From Anthoceros angustus (Eukaryota > Plantae > Anthocerotophyta), in contig VJWM01000258.1 in NCBI GenBank assembly GCA_010909165.1, positions 124,001 through 188,000 on the forward strand: 64,000 bases of DNA, read 5' to 3'. Every line of letters starts with the position of its first letter. The first letter of the stretch is position 1. Shown in pieces: positions 29,436 to 42,109 of this stretch. A model generated the notes under the pieces. That model saw only the letters and a program-made list of their open reading frames with translations, ran no database searches and was not told the origin of the DNA. The position numbers and the translations under genes were made by a program.

Positions 29436-32400
29436 ATGGCGCGTGGGCCGGGGCAACCGCTCAAGAGCCTTAACAAGGGTCCTGGATCCAAGCGTTTTGT
29501 GGTACGTATGTTTCTGTTGTCCTCGTCCTCTGAAAGTAAAATTTGCCTTGGATATGGCTGAGGGAATCATATCTCACGTGGTCTTGCAACACTTTGCTGC
29601 AGTTCAAAAGCGCTGCGGAGCTGTTGGATGAGTTAGAAATCGATGTTTTTCGAAGTCTTGCTCCTGTTAAGTTTCAGCCTTCTCAGGGTCGTCATTCTTC
29701 CATGAAAGTTTGATTGCATGGAAGGAGCTGAATGCCGCTGCGGATTTTAATGAGGTGTATCAGCAGCTTTTCCCCATCGTGCAAACCCTTCCGCAATTGC
29801 TTCTTCACAAGGACAAGATTGTCCAGGTCTTGATTGCTCATATTAAGATCGATGCAAGACTGTCTCTGGAGCCTATCCTAAGTCTGGTTTCCGACTTGGC
29901 TCGCGATTTGGGGGCTGAGTTCCTTCCATTCTTGCAGCCTCTCCTGCTAGTGTATGTGGATTTGCTCCAGTTAGGAGGAGTTCGGGAGCCAGTTGTGTTA
30001 GGCCAGGTGTTTAAATCGGTGGCCTCTATATTCAAGCATACGTCAGAGGCATTGAAGAAGGATATCCCGTTGGTTTTGACAGTTCTCGGCCTCTAAGACT
30101 TTATTCTGAATCTCATGTCCAAGAGTTCTCTGCTGAAGCTGTTGGATACTTGTTTCGGAGCTGCTCTCTGAAACAGCTGAGGAAAGGAATCCGACGTATC
30201 TTTGCTGAGGTGGTGCATGATATGTCTGATGAGTCAATTACAGCGTCCAGTTGGCTGTTGAGCTTCGCTATGAAGGGGTCTGCAAGTTTGCATTCCAGGG
30301 CCGAGCGAGTCCTCACCTGTATGCTGGATTCTTCTTTGGTCGGTCCATTCCTTCAGAGGCAGGCAGGAAGGAAGGCCTTGCTGAAGGCCATCTGGGGGGT
30401 GTTCCTTCATCTGCTTGAAGACATTGACCGCAACAGGCTTGAGCTGCTCTGGAGTTTCGTGACTGAGCAGATACTCAAAGACTTGTCAATCATCTCTGAC
30501 ATTGTTGACGTACGTCACATCAAGCTACCTGGAGCTCCACTATGTCCTTCCAGCTCTAAGTGCAGTACAGCACATGAAGATGAGCCCGCTGAGCCTGTTA
30601 ACTTCAATGATTCTGAGGTTGACATTGTTCAATTTAGGGAGCAGGACAAGGAAACGGAGCAGGTGACTGGGGAGCCTGATGATAAGAGTTTTCACCTGAC
30701 ATTGCTTCTAGCCTTGCTTGCCAATATAGTGGAATTCAAGCGAGGACAATGTGTAACAGACTACAAGCCACTTATTGCCCTCGTCCCTAGACTCCTTCAG
30801 CTAAATGTCCTCTACTCGAGAACAAGAGCCCGCACAATTTCGTTTGCAGGTCCTCTTTCACTTGCAAAACTTCACCAAATGTCTCAATCAGGCTTGGCAG
30901 CTGAGATTCTGCGCTTTTTGTTGGCTCTTGTAAGGAGTCATTCGCAACCCGGAAATACTGAGAGAGACCCTGCTCATATAGTTGCAGTTGCTCCTTCTTG
31001 GGCCGGTGCATTTGGGAGTGACAATGTCTATCAGTAAGGGCTCATTGTTGTACTTCTTCATGTGGGTTTGTAGCCTGTCCTGAGTGAGAGGAGCCTCTAA
31101 ATTGCATATGTTGGTTCTGTTGTGCAGGCTGATACCGCTTATTCGAGGATTGGTTGATCTGGGGTTGCCTCACGTTTCAACCTTTGCACCTTGGTTATTA
31201 GGTTTCCTGGATCGTTTTGTGGACATGCATCCTGTACAGGTGCTACCGCTTGTGGTTGATGTGTGTAAGGAACTGGGTTGGCATTCTTGCCCCACCCTGC
31301 AACAGTATCCAGCTGATACCAAGCGAATCGTGTCATACCTTGTGACACTCATTGGAACAGCCGTCATGCAACTTAAGAGCCAAGTGGAACAAGGAAATTG
31401 TCAAGTGGATGCATCCTTAACAGATCCAGCGTTACTGTGGGCTGGGCTAGAATGCTTTCCATATGCATTTGCCCATGGGGAGGAACATGGAGATTTGGCC
31501 TGGGAGTATGCCGCAATTCAGCAACAGGTTGTAAAATCCGCTACTGGAGAATCAGTTGATCTTAGGCTCCAAAAATCTTTGCTAGGCGCAGCTCTCTGTG
31601 CACATGTTAAGCTATTGGAAGGGGCGTCTGCTGCAACTTGTGCATCCCTCTTGAGCCAATTTCTTGATCTTTTGAGGAGTCATGGTGATTCTCCTCATGT
31701 GCTCGCGGCTGTTGTTGATTTCCTTCGTTCATCAAAGGAGCAGGGAGAGGGCTCCACAGTATACCCTGCAGCTCTAGGAGCAGATGCCATTGTAGGTGCT
31801 CTTGAGGCTTTGCACGTTAACCTGAGCTCTCCAGAAAAGTCTCTCCGAGTTGCAACACTGCAATTGTTAACCTACTTTGAACAGCTTGACCTGCCAGCAG
31901 ACCAGGGTAGTGATGAAAGGGCAGGTGAGGCATTGAAAGATGTCTCTCGAAATCACTCGAAGTCACGCTGTCGGGTTGTGCAGCAACTCTTGTCAGTGGA
32001 GTCCGCCCCTGCTTCTGTGGAGAATTCTCGCCAAAGTGTCCTCACACTCTCCCACATTCGAGTCGACATCTGTTCTGGACGAGTACCTCTTCCTTATGTT
32101 GTTCCCCTCGCACATGCAATGATTGGATTGATGCAGAACAGGTTTCTGCCATTATGGGATGCAGCTGCACTCTGCCTGGCAAGTCTAATTGAGGCACACA
32201 GTGCTGCTGTGTGGGACGTGTTTATTCAGCAGCTCAGTGAAACGCAGGAGTCATTTTTGCTGCAACCGAGGCACAGCGATGTGACAGAGTCTCATGAGAC
32301 CCTTGTTGAGGATATATGGTCCAACTTCGATGTCTACGTCTCCAGTCGTGCTGAACACACTGCTGAGGGAAGTCTCTTGGGCATATTGATCAAAACACTG

Positions 32401-35400
32401 CAGAAGATCCCTGCGACTGCAGAAAGGCATTCTCGGGTGCTTGTCCCTCTTTTTCTGAGGTTTGTTGGACAAGGGGAGGACGTTGACAAAGACGGGGTTT
32501 CGTTCAAGACTACAGGAGGGAAGGAGTGGAAGGATGTTCTGAGAGAATGGTTAGTTCTTTTGAAGGAGTGCAGAAATGCGAGATCACTCTATCGAGGTCC
32601 TGATCTCAAGACTGTTCTTCTCAAGCAGCTGCTAATGGACAGAGACTCAGCAATACAGCAGTTGGTCTTGGAATGCCTGCTGAATTGGAAGGACAGCTAT
32701 TTGACATCATATCGTGATCACCTTTTCAACCTAATATCGTATCGGACCCTTCGTGAGGAGCTAACAACCTGGAATGTTGCAAGGGATGGTGGGCAGGTGC
32801 TTGAGGAACATAGAAACGGGCTTATTCCAGTTCTATTGCAAATTTTGTTTCCCAAGATCATGAAACGCAATGGCAAAATTTCAGGGAAGGCAGTAGCAGG
32901 TGTACAGAGGAGTGCGGTTCTTGGATATTTATTGCACTTGGATACACATGAGCTTTCTCCCTTTTTCTGCCAAATTCTAAGGCCCTTACAAGGCGTTTTT
33001 GCTGTTGGAGAAGACTCAAGGTTTGATTGGGAAGCAGCTTTGGGACAGGGTACTATCACTGAATATATTGCACACATGAGTGAGGATGAAGTGTCCAGGT
33101 TGCCATACAAGAAAAAAATTGGGTTTTTGTACATGTTCCAAGATCTCCTTGGCATATTTGATAGAGTTCGCCTTGGTGCGTATCTTCAACCTCTCCTTGC
33201 TCTCGTCTTCAAGTTTATGGCTGCAGCTGTGAACCAGGGAACAGAGATGAATCAGTTGCTTGTCGTGAAGGCTAGTAAGCTTGTGGATATGGAGATTGAG
33301 CCTCCTGAATGTACTGTGCTAGAAGACAATGACAGCAGTGTGAAGCAGTCACCTTGTTCCTTGTTTGACACGTGTCAACATGAGAATGTGGAGGCTGAAA
33401 CTTCTGAGTGTAGGCCGCAAAAATCTGGTGGGGGCCATGATAGGCTAGATCCTGGGACTAGGAAACGTAAGGAAAATTCTTGCATTTATGAATGTCTAGA
33501 AGAGGATGGTGGGCACTCTCCCAAGCGCAGGTGCACGACCAGTGGCTCAGAGAAAGACATTCGGTTAAGCTGCTTCACCATTGTGGCGACTGTGTTAACC
33601 AAATTTGAAGATCTGGTTCTTCCTGACAGTTGCTGGGATATTTTTTTCTCATCACCTGAGGTGTCATTGGGTAGGTTTCAGAAGGAGCAAACTGTAGTGC
33701 TCCCGGTTGCACTTTGTGATTGCTTCCTGGCAATGAGCAGGAGGATGGACTTGGCTCCACTGTTTGTGAAAGATAGGAATCTCCTACATAATATTCTCGC
33801 CATGCTGTCATTCAAGGGAACTTCAGGGACGTCTGTTGCATTTGTTTTATGCTTTATTGAGAACATCCTCGACCTTGAGAGCAATTCTATGGGGGAAGAA
33901 GAGCCACAGCCTGTGCACCTGATTCTCCTTCCACGCCTTCATCATCTTTTGTGTGGATTGCAAGACGTGCTCCTTAATCATTCATTATATGCAAGCAGAC
34001 CAAGGTCGGGTGCAGTCCTTGGCCGTGTACTGAAGATCCTGACCCGCTTGAGTATGTTCATCAAGGATGCACCAGATGCAACAGAAGTCAACAGTTTAAT
34101 GTCTGTGCTGCTATCTCTTTTGAAGAGAAAGAGGAGAATACAGGACGACGAGTTTCTGGAGGCGCTCTGTGTAATCCGTGGATTAGCAAATTGTGTTGAT
34201 GTCAGGACTGCTAGCAAGTGTCTGCTGGCTTTGGCGCCTTTCCTAACCTCAGAAGCTGGAAAGGATGTGCAAACTGTTGTCTGTGAGATCTTCCAAGGGT
34301 TGGCTGTTGTTCTCCCCTCGTTGTCCCCGGCGGTGACGCTGTTAGGTGACCTAATGTCTATGTCTACACGTGGACTTGAAGAAGTGGATTATGGACGCAG
34401 ACTGAATGCATATGAAGCATTGAATGAAGCTGCATTTTCTCAAATGACTTGGTCAGGAGCTCTTTTGATTTTATCAGTTGCTGTCCGCGATATTGCATCA
34501 GAGGACAGGTCCTTAAGGCTCAGTTCCAAAGATTGTGTTAACCTATTTATCAAGTTTGCAGCTTCTGTTCCTGAGCAGGGAGAATGCTTGGAGGTTGATG
34601 AGAAGCACGGTGTGTTGAATGACGGAGCGTCAGTGGTTTTGGATGGCGTGGAGGCTGTGGCAGACAAACCGGTAAAATCATTGGTTCGGTCCTTTCTTCT
34701 TCCTCAGGCAAGGAACGCGATGAACTCAGATGTGGCTACGGCCCGAGCTGAGTGGGTTTCTCTTCTTAGGGAAATGATTCTTAGATTTCCTAATATTCCC
34801 TCGCTCCATGAATGCCGGCCTCTAACAAGTGAAGATTTGGAGGTGGACTTCTTCTACAATATTGTCCATCTGCAGGTGCACAGGAAAATCAGGGCGATGG
34901 CAAGGTTTAGAGCTACCTTAGCTGGGCATCATCTTTCTGAAGGTGTACTTGTAAGGTTGTTTGCTCCTCTGTTCAGGAGTTTACTGTTTGAAGCAAAGAA
35001 GGACAAGGAGGGGAATCTTGTCGGAGCTGCCATTGAATCAATTGCATGCATTGCTGCTCAACTGCAATGGCACCCTTATTTTGGATTGCTTATGCAGTCT
35101 TTTCGTTTGGTGTCTTTAAGACCTGAGCACCAGAAGACAGTAGCAAGGCTGATCAGCTCAATACTAGATGAGTTTCACTTTCCTATGGTGCAAAGCCATC
35201 TGTCAGAAAGGGATGGTAATGGGGCTTCGATTGAGGCTGCGAAAGATGTGGATCTTTCGAGAGGGAGTCCTGAAGGCTTGAGGGTGGCTGCTGATAACAG
35301 AGAAGAGCGCCTATTGCCAGCTGATATTTGCAGGGTATTGCAAACGAAAGTTCTACCTGACCTTACTAAGCTGATGACTCTGGAAAAGGATAATATAAAT

Positions 35401-38109
35401 ACATCTTTAGCTGTGTCAGCTGTGAAGATCCTGAAGTTTTTACCCGAGGAAACCATGAAAATTGAGTTGCCTCCACTTGTCCAAAGCATAGTAAATCTTC
35501 TGAAGAGTCATCGTCAAGGAATTAGGGATGATGCCCGAGCAGCATTGATAGCTGTCACAAAAGCATTAGGTGCACAGTATTTGGAGTTTGTGGTAAATAT
35601 CATGCAATTTTCACTGACTAAGGGGTTTGAGCTACATGTTTTGGGGTTTACAGTCAACAGTATTCTGTTGAAGCTTCTCCCAGAGGTCCAAGTTGGAGAG
35701 GTTGACCATTGTCTGGGCAAGCTGCAGGAGATCCTCTTAAGTGGCTTCCTTGGGGAGGTTGCAGAAGAGAAGGATGTAGAAGGGATAGCAAGGAAAATGA
35801 AGGAGACAAGGCGCATGCAGTCTCTTGAAAGTATGCAATTGCTGGCAAGCTCAGTTTTCTTTCCGGCACATGCCATGACACTGCTGAAACCTGTTATTGA
35901 TAGCCTGGATCGGTGTATGACGCCCAAGGAGAAGAATAAAATTCAGCAGGTGCTGAAGGCATTGGCTATTGGCATCCAGAGTAACGCCAGTGTTACTGAA
36001 AATCACTTGCTTGTATTCGTCGAACAGTTGATTGAAGGTATGCACGGGATCCAAGAAAGCTCAGACAATTCCATGGTTAACTCTCGCCAAAATATCCACA
36101 TGACTGTAGAGTTCGCGCTTAATGTGTTGCACTGCAATCTCAAGACCATCAAAGTGAGTGCTGAAGATAAGGATGTCTTGTCCATGCTAGCTCGCTTGGT
36201 GGACCTTCTGCAGATATGTCTTGCTTCCAAGTATGATTCAATTGTCTCTCTGGCACTGAAGTGCCTTCGGCATCTCCTCAAGTTGCCTTTACCAATCCTT
36301 AGGTCTGTTGGAGACAGATTGACCTCAGATGTACTGTGTATAGCCCAGAGGTGTGGGACTGCAGAGACTGAGGTAATGAAGGCGAGCTTTGACCTCCTGA
36401 TTGCCCTCATCAGGCATCCTGAGATTGGTGAAGTTTCTCAAGAACAGTTGCATGCTCTTCTGGAGTTTCCAATTTTCAATGAGCTGGAAGGGCATACATG
36501 TGGAACAGCCTTGAACCTCCTTAAAGCAGTGATAGCTAGGAAAGTGTTAGTTCCCGAGCTTTATGATATTGTCCACAAAGTTGAGGAGCTAATGATCAGA
36601 AGCCAGGTTGAAGCTGTGCGGAAGCAGGCAAATCAAGTTGTGTTGCAGTTTATGCTGGACTATCCTCTGGGTTCCAAGCGGCTGCAGCAGCACTTAGACT
36701 TCTTTCTCACAAATACCTCCTACTCAGAGACCACCGGGAGGGAATCAGCCTTGGAGATGTTGCATACCGTGATATCTAAGTTTCCTGAAGCGCTTGTGGA
36801 GGAGCAAGCCGAGAGCATGTTTTTGGTATTGGTGACCCGGGTTGCAAATGAGGAGGCAAGTCATGTGAGGGCAATGTTGGCGACTGTTGTGAAAGGACTC
36901 TTCTGCCGTATTAGTCAGCCTACTTTGGACCGCATATTTGATTACTCTATTGCTTGGTACAGCAACCCCAATCGTCGTCTGTGGCGTCCGTCTGCTCATG
37001 TTTTAGGCTACTTAATTGAAGTTATGGGCAGCAAGTTGGGGAGGCACACTGAAACTGTAGTTAACTGTGTAGTCTCGTTTCTGAAGCATGCAAAAAAGGT
37101 TCAGAAGCCCACAGAAGATGAAAGAGCCCCCCTTTGGCAGGAAGTCTATCTGTCATTGCTTATGGTGGAAAAGCTGTTACAGAAGAACCCAGATCTTTGC
37201 CTTCAACAAGTTCTGGAAGGATTCTGGGATCTTGTGCCATCATTTCTGCTCCATGAACACACATGGCCTCGGAGGGTTAGTGAGCGTCTTGTGGGGGTGT
37301 ACTTTGCAGCCTGTGGGTTGCTGAGCAGGAGCGAGCTGGAAACAATGATATCAACTACAAAGCAAGGGTGCCTCGTCTATCGAAGGAAATTGATCCAGCT
37401 GGCTGCAGCATTCATTGATCAGCTTGATTGTGGGTCCTTGGATGCTGATTTGAATCAGCTTGCTGTTCAGAATTTGCTGTTTGTCACTTGCCTGTTTGAC
37501 TCAATGTCGTCAGGTATGAAAAGCAGTTTGCAGGATCCAGAGGAAACGGGCTTGTCAGCCCGTGATGAACTGGGGGTGGCAAATAAGTGCGATCCCATAC
37601 AGGCACCGCTTGCCACTGCTGCTGCTGGTGTACCAAATGGATCACACCCAGAAAGTAGGGATGATGCTGTCTATCTTATTTTTGCAAAGGTGGAGAAAAT
37701 CGCTTTGAGGATACATCCAGTGCAATCCAAAGCAGCTCTTCAGTGGTTCAGTGCTATGACGACACAGCTAGGAGAAAGGATCCAAGCCTATGTACCATGC
37801 ATGCTAAGGCCCCTTTACAAGATTTCTGGAGGATATACTGCTAGACTGGTTACGGATGATTTGCAGATGCTAGCAGCGGAAGTTTCCAGTCTTCTGCGAG
37901 ACACAATTGGTGCACATAAGTTTGAGTCTGCATATAATGTGATCCGGGAGGAGGTCCAGGGTCGGAGAACAGAGAGGAAACAGTCCGAGAAGATACAAGT
38001 TTTGAAGAATCCGGAGGCTGCAGCAAAGAGAAAGCTGGGCCGTGCTGTGAAGAAGCGATCTCAAAAGCGAAGGAAAATATTGGAGGCCAAAGTGGAGAGA
38101 GGATTATGA
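29436..38109 (+). CDS. UTP20: U3 snoRNA-associated protein 20 (SSU processome HEAT-repeat protein); two introns, ~7 kb last exon, two single-base frameshifts near the 5' end
   Basis: N-terminus RFVFKS..IDVFRSL..SSFFHESLIAWKELN, DRIM-domain region LREELTTW, and DFFYNIVHLQVHRKIRA, GFELHVLGFTV, AEEKDVEGIARKMKET, FMLDYPLGSKRLQQHLDF. Basic C-terminus NPEAAAKRK. Confidence 0.95.
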
Positions 38110-38337
38110 CATTTTACATCCTACCCATGAACACGTAGTGCAGAGGATTCTGGAATTCCATGTGATATGGAACCTGATATCTTGATGTTCAAGGTCTAGG
38201 GACATTAAAAATGGAATTCCTGCTACAAGTTGGAGACTGAAGGTTCCTACACCCCGCTGTAAGCGATCTGCAAGCGACCCTTGCGAACAGAGGTACTCTT
38301 GTCTGCAGTTAGAGCGTTGCCTTATTGGAGACGTTAC

Positions 38338-38590
38338 CTGCATTTCCCTTGTGTGCTAATTGCAGTTCCCCTTGTGTGCTAATTGCAGTTCCCATGTGTG
38401 CATATTGCAGTTCCCATGTGTGCATATTGCAGTTCCCATGTGTGCATATTGCAGTTCCTATGTGTGCATATTGCAGTTCCCATGTGTACATATTGCAGTT
38501 CCCATGTGTGCATATTGCAGTTCCCATGTGTGCATATTGCAGTTCCCATGTGTGCTTATTGCAGTTCCCATGTGTGCTTATAGCAGTTCT
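38338..38590 (+). repeat. 22-bp minisatellite ATTGCAGTTCCCATGTGTGCAT, ~11 copies
   Basis: Directly visible, with no spacers. Confidence 0.95.
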
Positions 38591-39166
38591 GTTTCATTTG
38601 ATGCAGAAGAGAATGTACCCGATTAAGCGATGTGAGCGACCCGAGTACTCAAGTTCGGAAAGAGCAGCAGAACAATTATTTTCTCAATCTGGCTTCTGAC
38701 GGGCCAACTAGCATTGATACGTACTGTGCACCTCAATGGGGGTTGCGGTTTTTGGGATTATACGATACTGTAATTCTCTGAGACAAGCAACAGTAGCAAC
38801 AGAAGCAACAAGCAGCTGTTGCAACCTGATGCCATTTGAGTCATACGCTACACACAATTACAACCAGCCGATCTTCGACTTTCTTGCCAGCACTTTCATC
38901 TACGTACTTAGTTTCCGTGGTTGTGTCCCCCTCTCCCTCGCCCCGGAAAAGCAGTGACAGAACCTTGACACGTCCGTAATTCGTCAAAGCTTAAAAGCTG
39001 TGTAATCTCACGATGCTTAGAACCTTACTGCTACTGAGTTCCTGTCTGATTCACCGTACTCGAGGCACCATCGAAACACATGCGGCACAGTATGAGCTCA
39101 AAGAAGGGTTCTCAAATCAAGAGCAGTGACGATCACTACAAGGTAGTCCATCCACTGATTTACTGC

Positions 39167-39479
39167 CTACTCCTTCTTGCCGACTCCGTGTGCCATGTTC
39201 CAAACACCTCGGATCTGAGACAAAACGTAGTGGCGTTTCGTGTTAGCACAAAAGCATGAGCAACATCACGTGCAATAGCAAGGATCTCAACAAGACTGTG
39301 CATGAACTTACAATCATCATCCCGGTGACAGCCACAAATGCTGCGGGAATGGCAACAGAGGTGATTCTGTCATACGGGCCTTTCAAGTGCGTCAGACGAT
39401 GCGTATTCTGAAAGTATTGTTGTTTCTTCAGGATATGTTCCGGGACCGAACCCGAAGCATGACCACTACCACCTGCCAT
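39167..39479 (-). CDS. Cytochrome c oxidase subunit VII-like (plant COX-X4 type), 2 coding exons (39479-39312, 39214-39167)
   Basis: EHILKKQQYFQNTHRLTHLKGPYDRITSVAIP...IRGVWNMAHGVGKKE* matches the plant COX7-like consensus (HTYLKGPxDKITSVAIP...NMSHGIGKKE). Confidence 0.9.
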
Positions 39480-40279
39480 ATCAACCAGCCTGCATCACAA
39501 CCACAGGTGCATCAGACGGCAATCACACTCTAACTCATAACCGCATAATCTGCATAAAATCGTTTCGCAGTCCGACACCTCCTGATCCGAGCAGCAAACA
39601 AACAAAAACAACTGTCCGAGCTCGCAGCTATCACAGTGGTTGCCACTGGCAGTTGTCCCGATACTGGACGCCTCTCAAAGGGAGAACTGCTGAGTGACCG
39701 GAATAAAGACACTGCCGAGGACCTAAGCATCAATCCCCCGCTACAGCAAGCTCAACAACAGTGGTGAGACCTGAGAAAGAGCACGGCTCGCCGATTGCTC
39801 CCACGGTTCCTTGTCCCAACTTCTTCTAGGGCTGTTTGGAAAATAAAGATGACCTGTTAGGACTCCCCTATTTTCAGGGCCTTGGTCACGTACATATTTG
39901 TTTCCGTGGCTGTTGTAGGCAGCCTGGAATGAGGCATTTCAAACATTGGCTGTCTTCAAGGCTTCGGTTCCGTTCACTAGAGATGCCACGCTGCGGTGCT
40001 TGCCTTGTGTGCACCTTTGAGAAGGGACGGTCCAACGTACCATACTTCTTGTGAAGCTCTTAAAGAGTATCTGAGCCGGTAATATTGATTATTAAAGAAA
40101 GTTTGATTGCATGATTAGAATGAAGGACGTGCTTCTTTGTTCTCCAGTGCTGGTGCAAAAGTCTTGTCATGAGCGTCGAGAAATAAACACTAGGACCGGC
40201 AGGCAGTAACTTCCCCACCAGCAGAAGATAACCAGGAGCATTCGCTAACCGCCTGTGGTTGTTTCTGGGATAGCCAAAG

Positions 40280-41650
40280 TCAGAGCTCTGGAAGTATCTC
40301 GGCAGTTGTGGTGCAGTTCCTTATTCCCTCCATTCTCACTTCGAAGGCAGCTGTGGCTGGTGGTAGAGATGGTGATTTGTAAAGATGTGCATATCGACAC
40401 CCATCTATCCAGAACAGCATCACTCGATTCGTGCATGAATGTGACCAGGTATCACCTGTTTGGAGAATCACTGTTAGCAATTTGATGTGACAGAGGAGAA
40501 AAAATTGGATTCGAGATAAGTACAAACCTAAGACAGGCACCAATCTCGACGACTGGCCGGAGACTCTGTGCGAGACCTGGTTCACCAAAACGACCTGCGA
40601 TGGTGTTTATGACATGTCAGTCTCAACCATGTGATAAGAATTCACCAACCCCCCATGACATCACATGACTGCATACCGCAATGTCATGCTCTTGAGATAG
40701 CTGCATAAGATCCTGAGCGGTTTGACTGAGAATGCGAGTTCTGGCACCCATGTCCTCATAGTCTTGGCGAAAATGGAATGTCAAGCTGTCAACCACAACC
40801 AACTTGACCTGCAAGCACACAATCAGTTGGGAGACTTGTAACGACAGTCGAGATCAGACACAGCCGGTACAGGTGGCTCTACCTGGATATGTGTGGCCAA
40901 AAACTTCCTGAGATTGTATAGAACAGCCTGTTGCTCAAAACTGTCATGGACACGGTAGTGGTAGATATGCTCCAGAAACTCTTCAGCAACTGAAGGCATG
41001 TCTGTCACTGCTTGCGAAGGTGTCCTCAGAAGCTCGATACACCCAGCAGCCATTTGCAACGCCCTCTCCACCATAAAACTGCCTTCAGAGTCTACCAACA
41101 GACCAGCCAAATAGTGACAAACCTGAAGAAACCCGAGAGGGGTAGTGATTTGGACAAGCCAGTGTTTAAAAATGTACCTATGTAGACAGCGTGTCCGTCA
41201 AGCCCCCCTAGTTGCCTAGGAACCTGCACATTTATGGCAAGCTGAATCCTGAAGAACAGCAAACCAAGACGTCAGTGGGAGGACACACAACCTAGCCTGC
41301 CTCTCTGTGCCCAAGTAGAGACATACCCAAGTTGAGTCTTGCCGATTCCCGGAACACCACCTAGCCAGCCAAGTGCATTCATGGTCACACAAGACAGACA
41401 TAGACTCTCAATTGTGCCGCAAGCTACAAAAGTTGTAAAGGAAGAATGATGAATCGACACTCACATACTTCAGTCACTTCTTTGGTTCGAATGCCGCCAC
41501 CCAGAACCTCATCCAGGTCTTTGCAGAGAGTGGAAATCGGCGATGCACTGTCTTCATCCCGCAACAGCTCCAGTGATGTTTTCCCATTAAATTTGTGCAC
41601 ACCTTGCTGGGATTGTTCCTCTACGATGTCCAGCTCATCATCAGACAACA
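40280..41650 (-). CDS. RAD51C: RAD51 paralog C, multi-exon; 5' end not resolved
   Basis: LDEVLGGGI..KEVTEV, Walker A GVPGIGKTQLG, IQLAINVQVP, YIDSEGSFMVERA, Walker B LVVVDSLTFHFRQD, VVLVNQV, LGDTWSHSCTNRVML and AHLYKSPS. Confidence 0.9.
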
Positions 41651-41941
41651 GGCATAAATAAAAATGCAGTAAGGGACTTGAGCGTTCCGCGTTTCAAATA
41701 CATGTGAGGGGCACCTGCATCCGCCATGTAGCCCTAGAGCATTTTTCCCGGTCTCCCTGTCGTAACCTGCTGCTGGTGTAGACGCAGCATTCCGGCAGAG
41801 AAATTCACAAGGAGAATCAATTGCGTACATAGTTCGAACGTGCCTAAGAGGGACAACGTGCGTAGTTCGAACGTGTGTCACGTAACGTGCTTAAGAGGAC
41901 AACATGCGTATAGTACATATGTATTCAACATGACGTGTGTT

Positions 41942-42105
41942 GTGTCTATGTAAAAGAGATGCCTTCCCGGCACTAGGGGTTAAGTTTACCGCACTCTATT
42001 GTGCTTGAGGAAAAGAAGACTTTGTGTCTATGTAAAAGAGATGCCTTCCCGGCACTAGGGGTTAAGTTTACCGCACTCTATTGTGCTTGAGGAAAAGAAG
42101 ACTTT
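41942..42105 (+). repeat. Perfect ~82 bp tandem duplication next to the LINE 3' end
   Basis: TGTGTCTATGTAAAAGAG...GGAAAAGAAGACTT occurs twice. Confidence 0.9.
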
Positions 42106-42109
42106 ATTA

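Noticed and set aside
38338-38590. CRISPR-like array or Cys/His-rich ORFs
   Set aside because: It is a contiguous tandem repeat with no spacers, in a eukaryotic context. The ORFs are by-products of the repeat.
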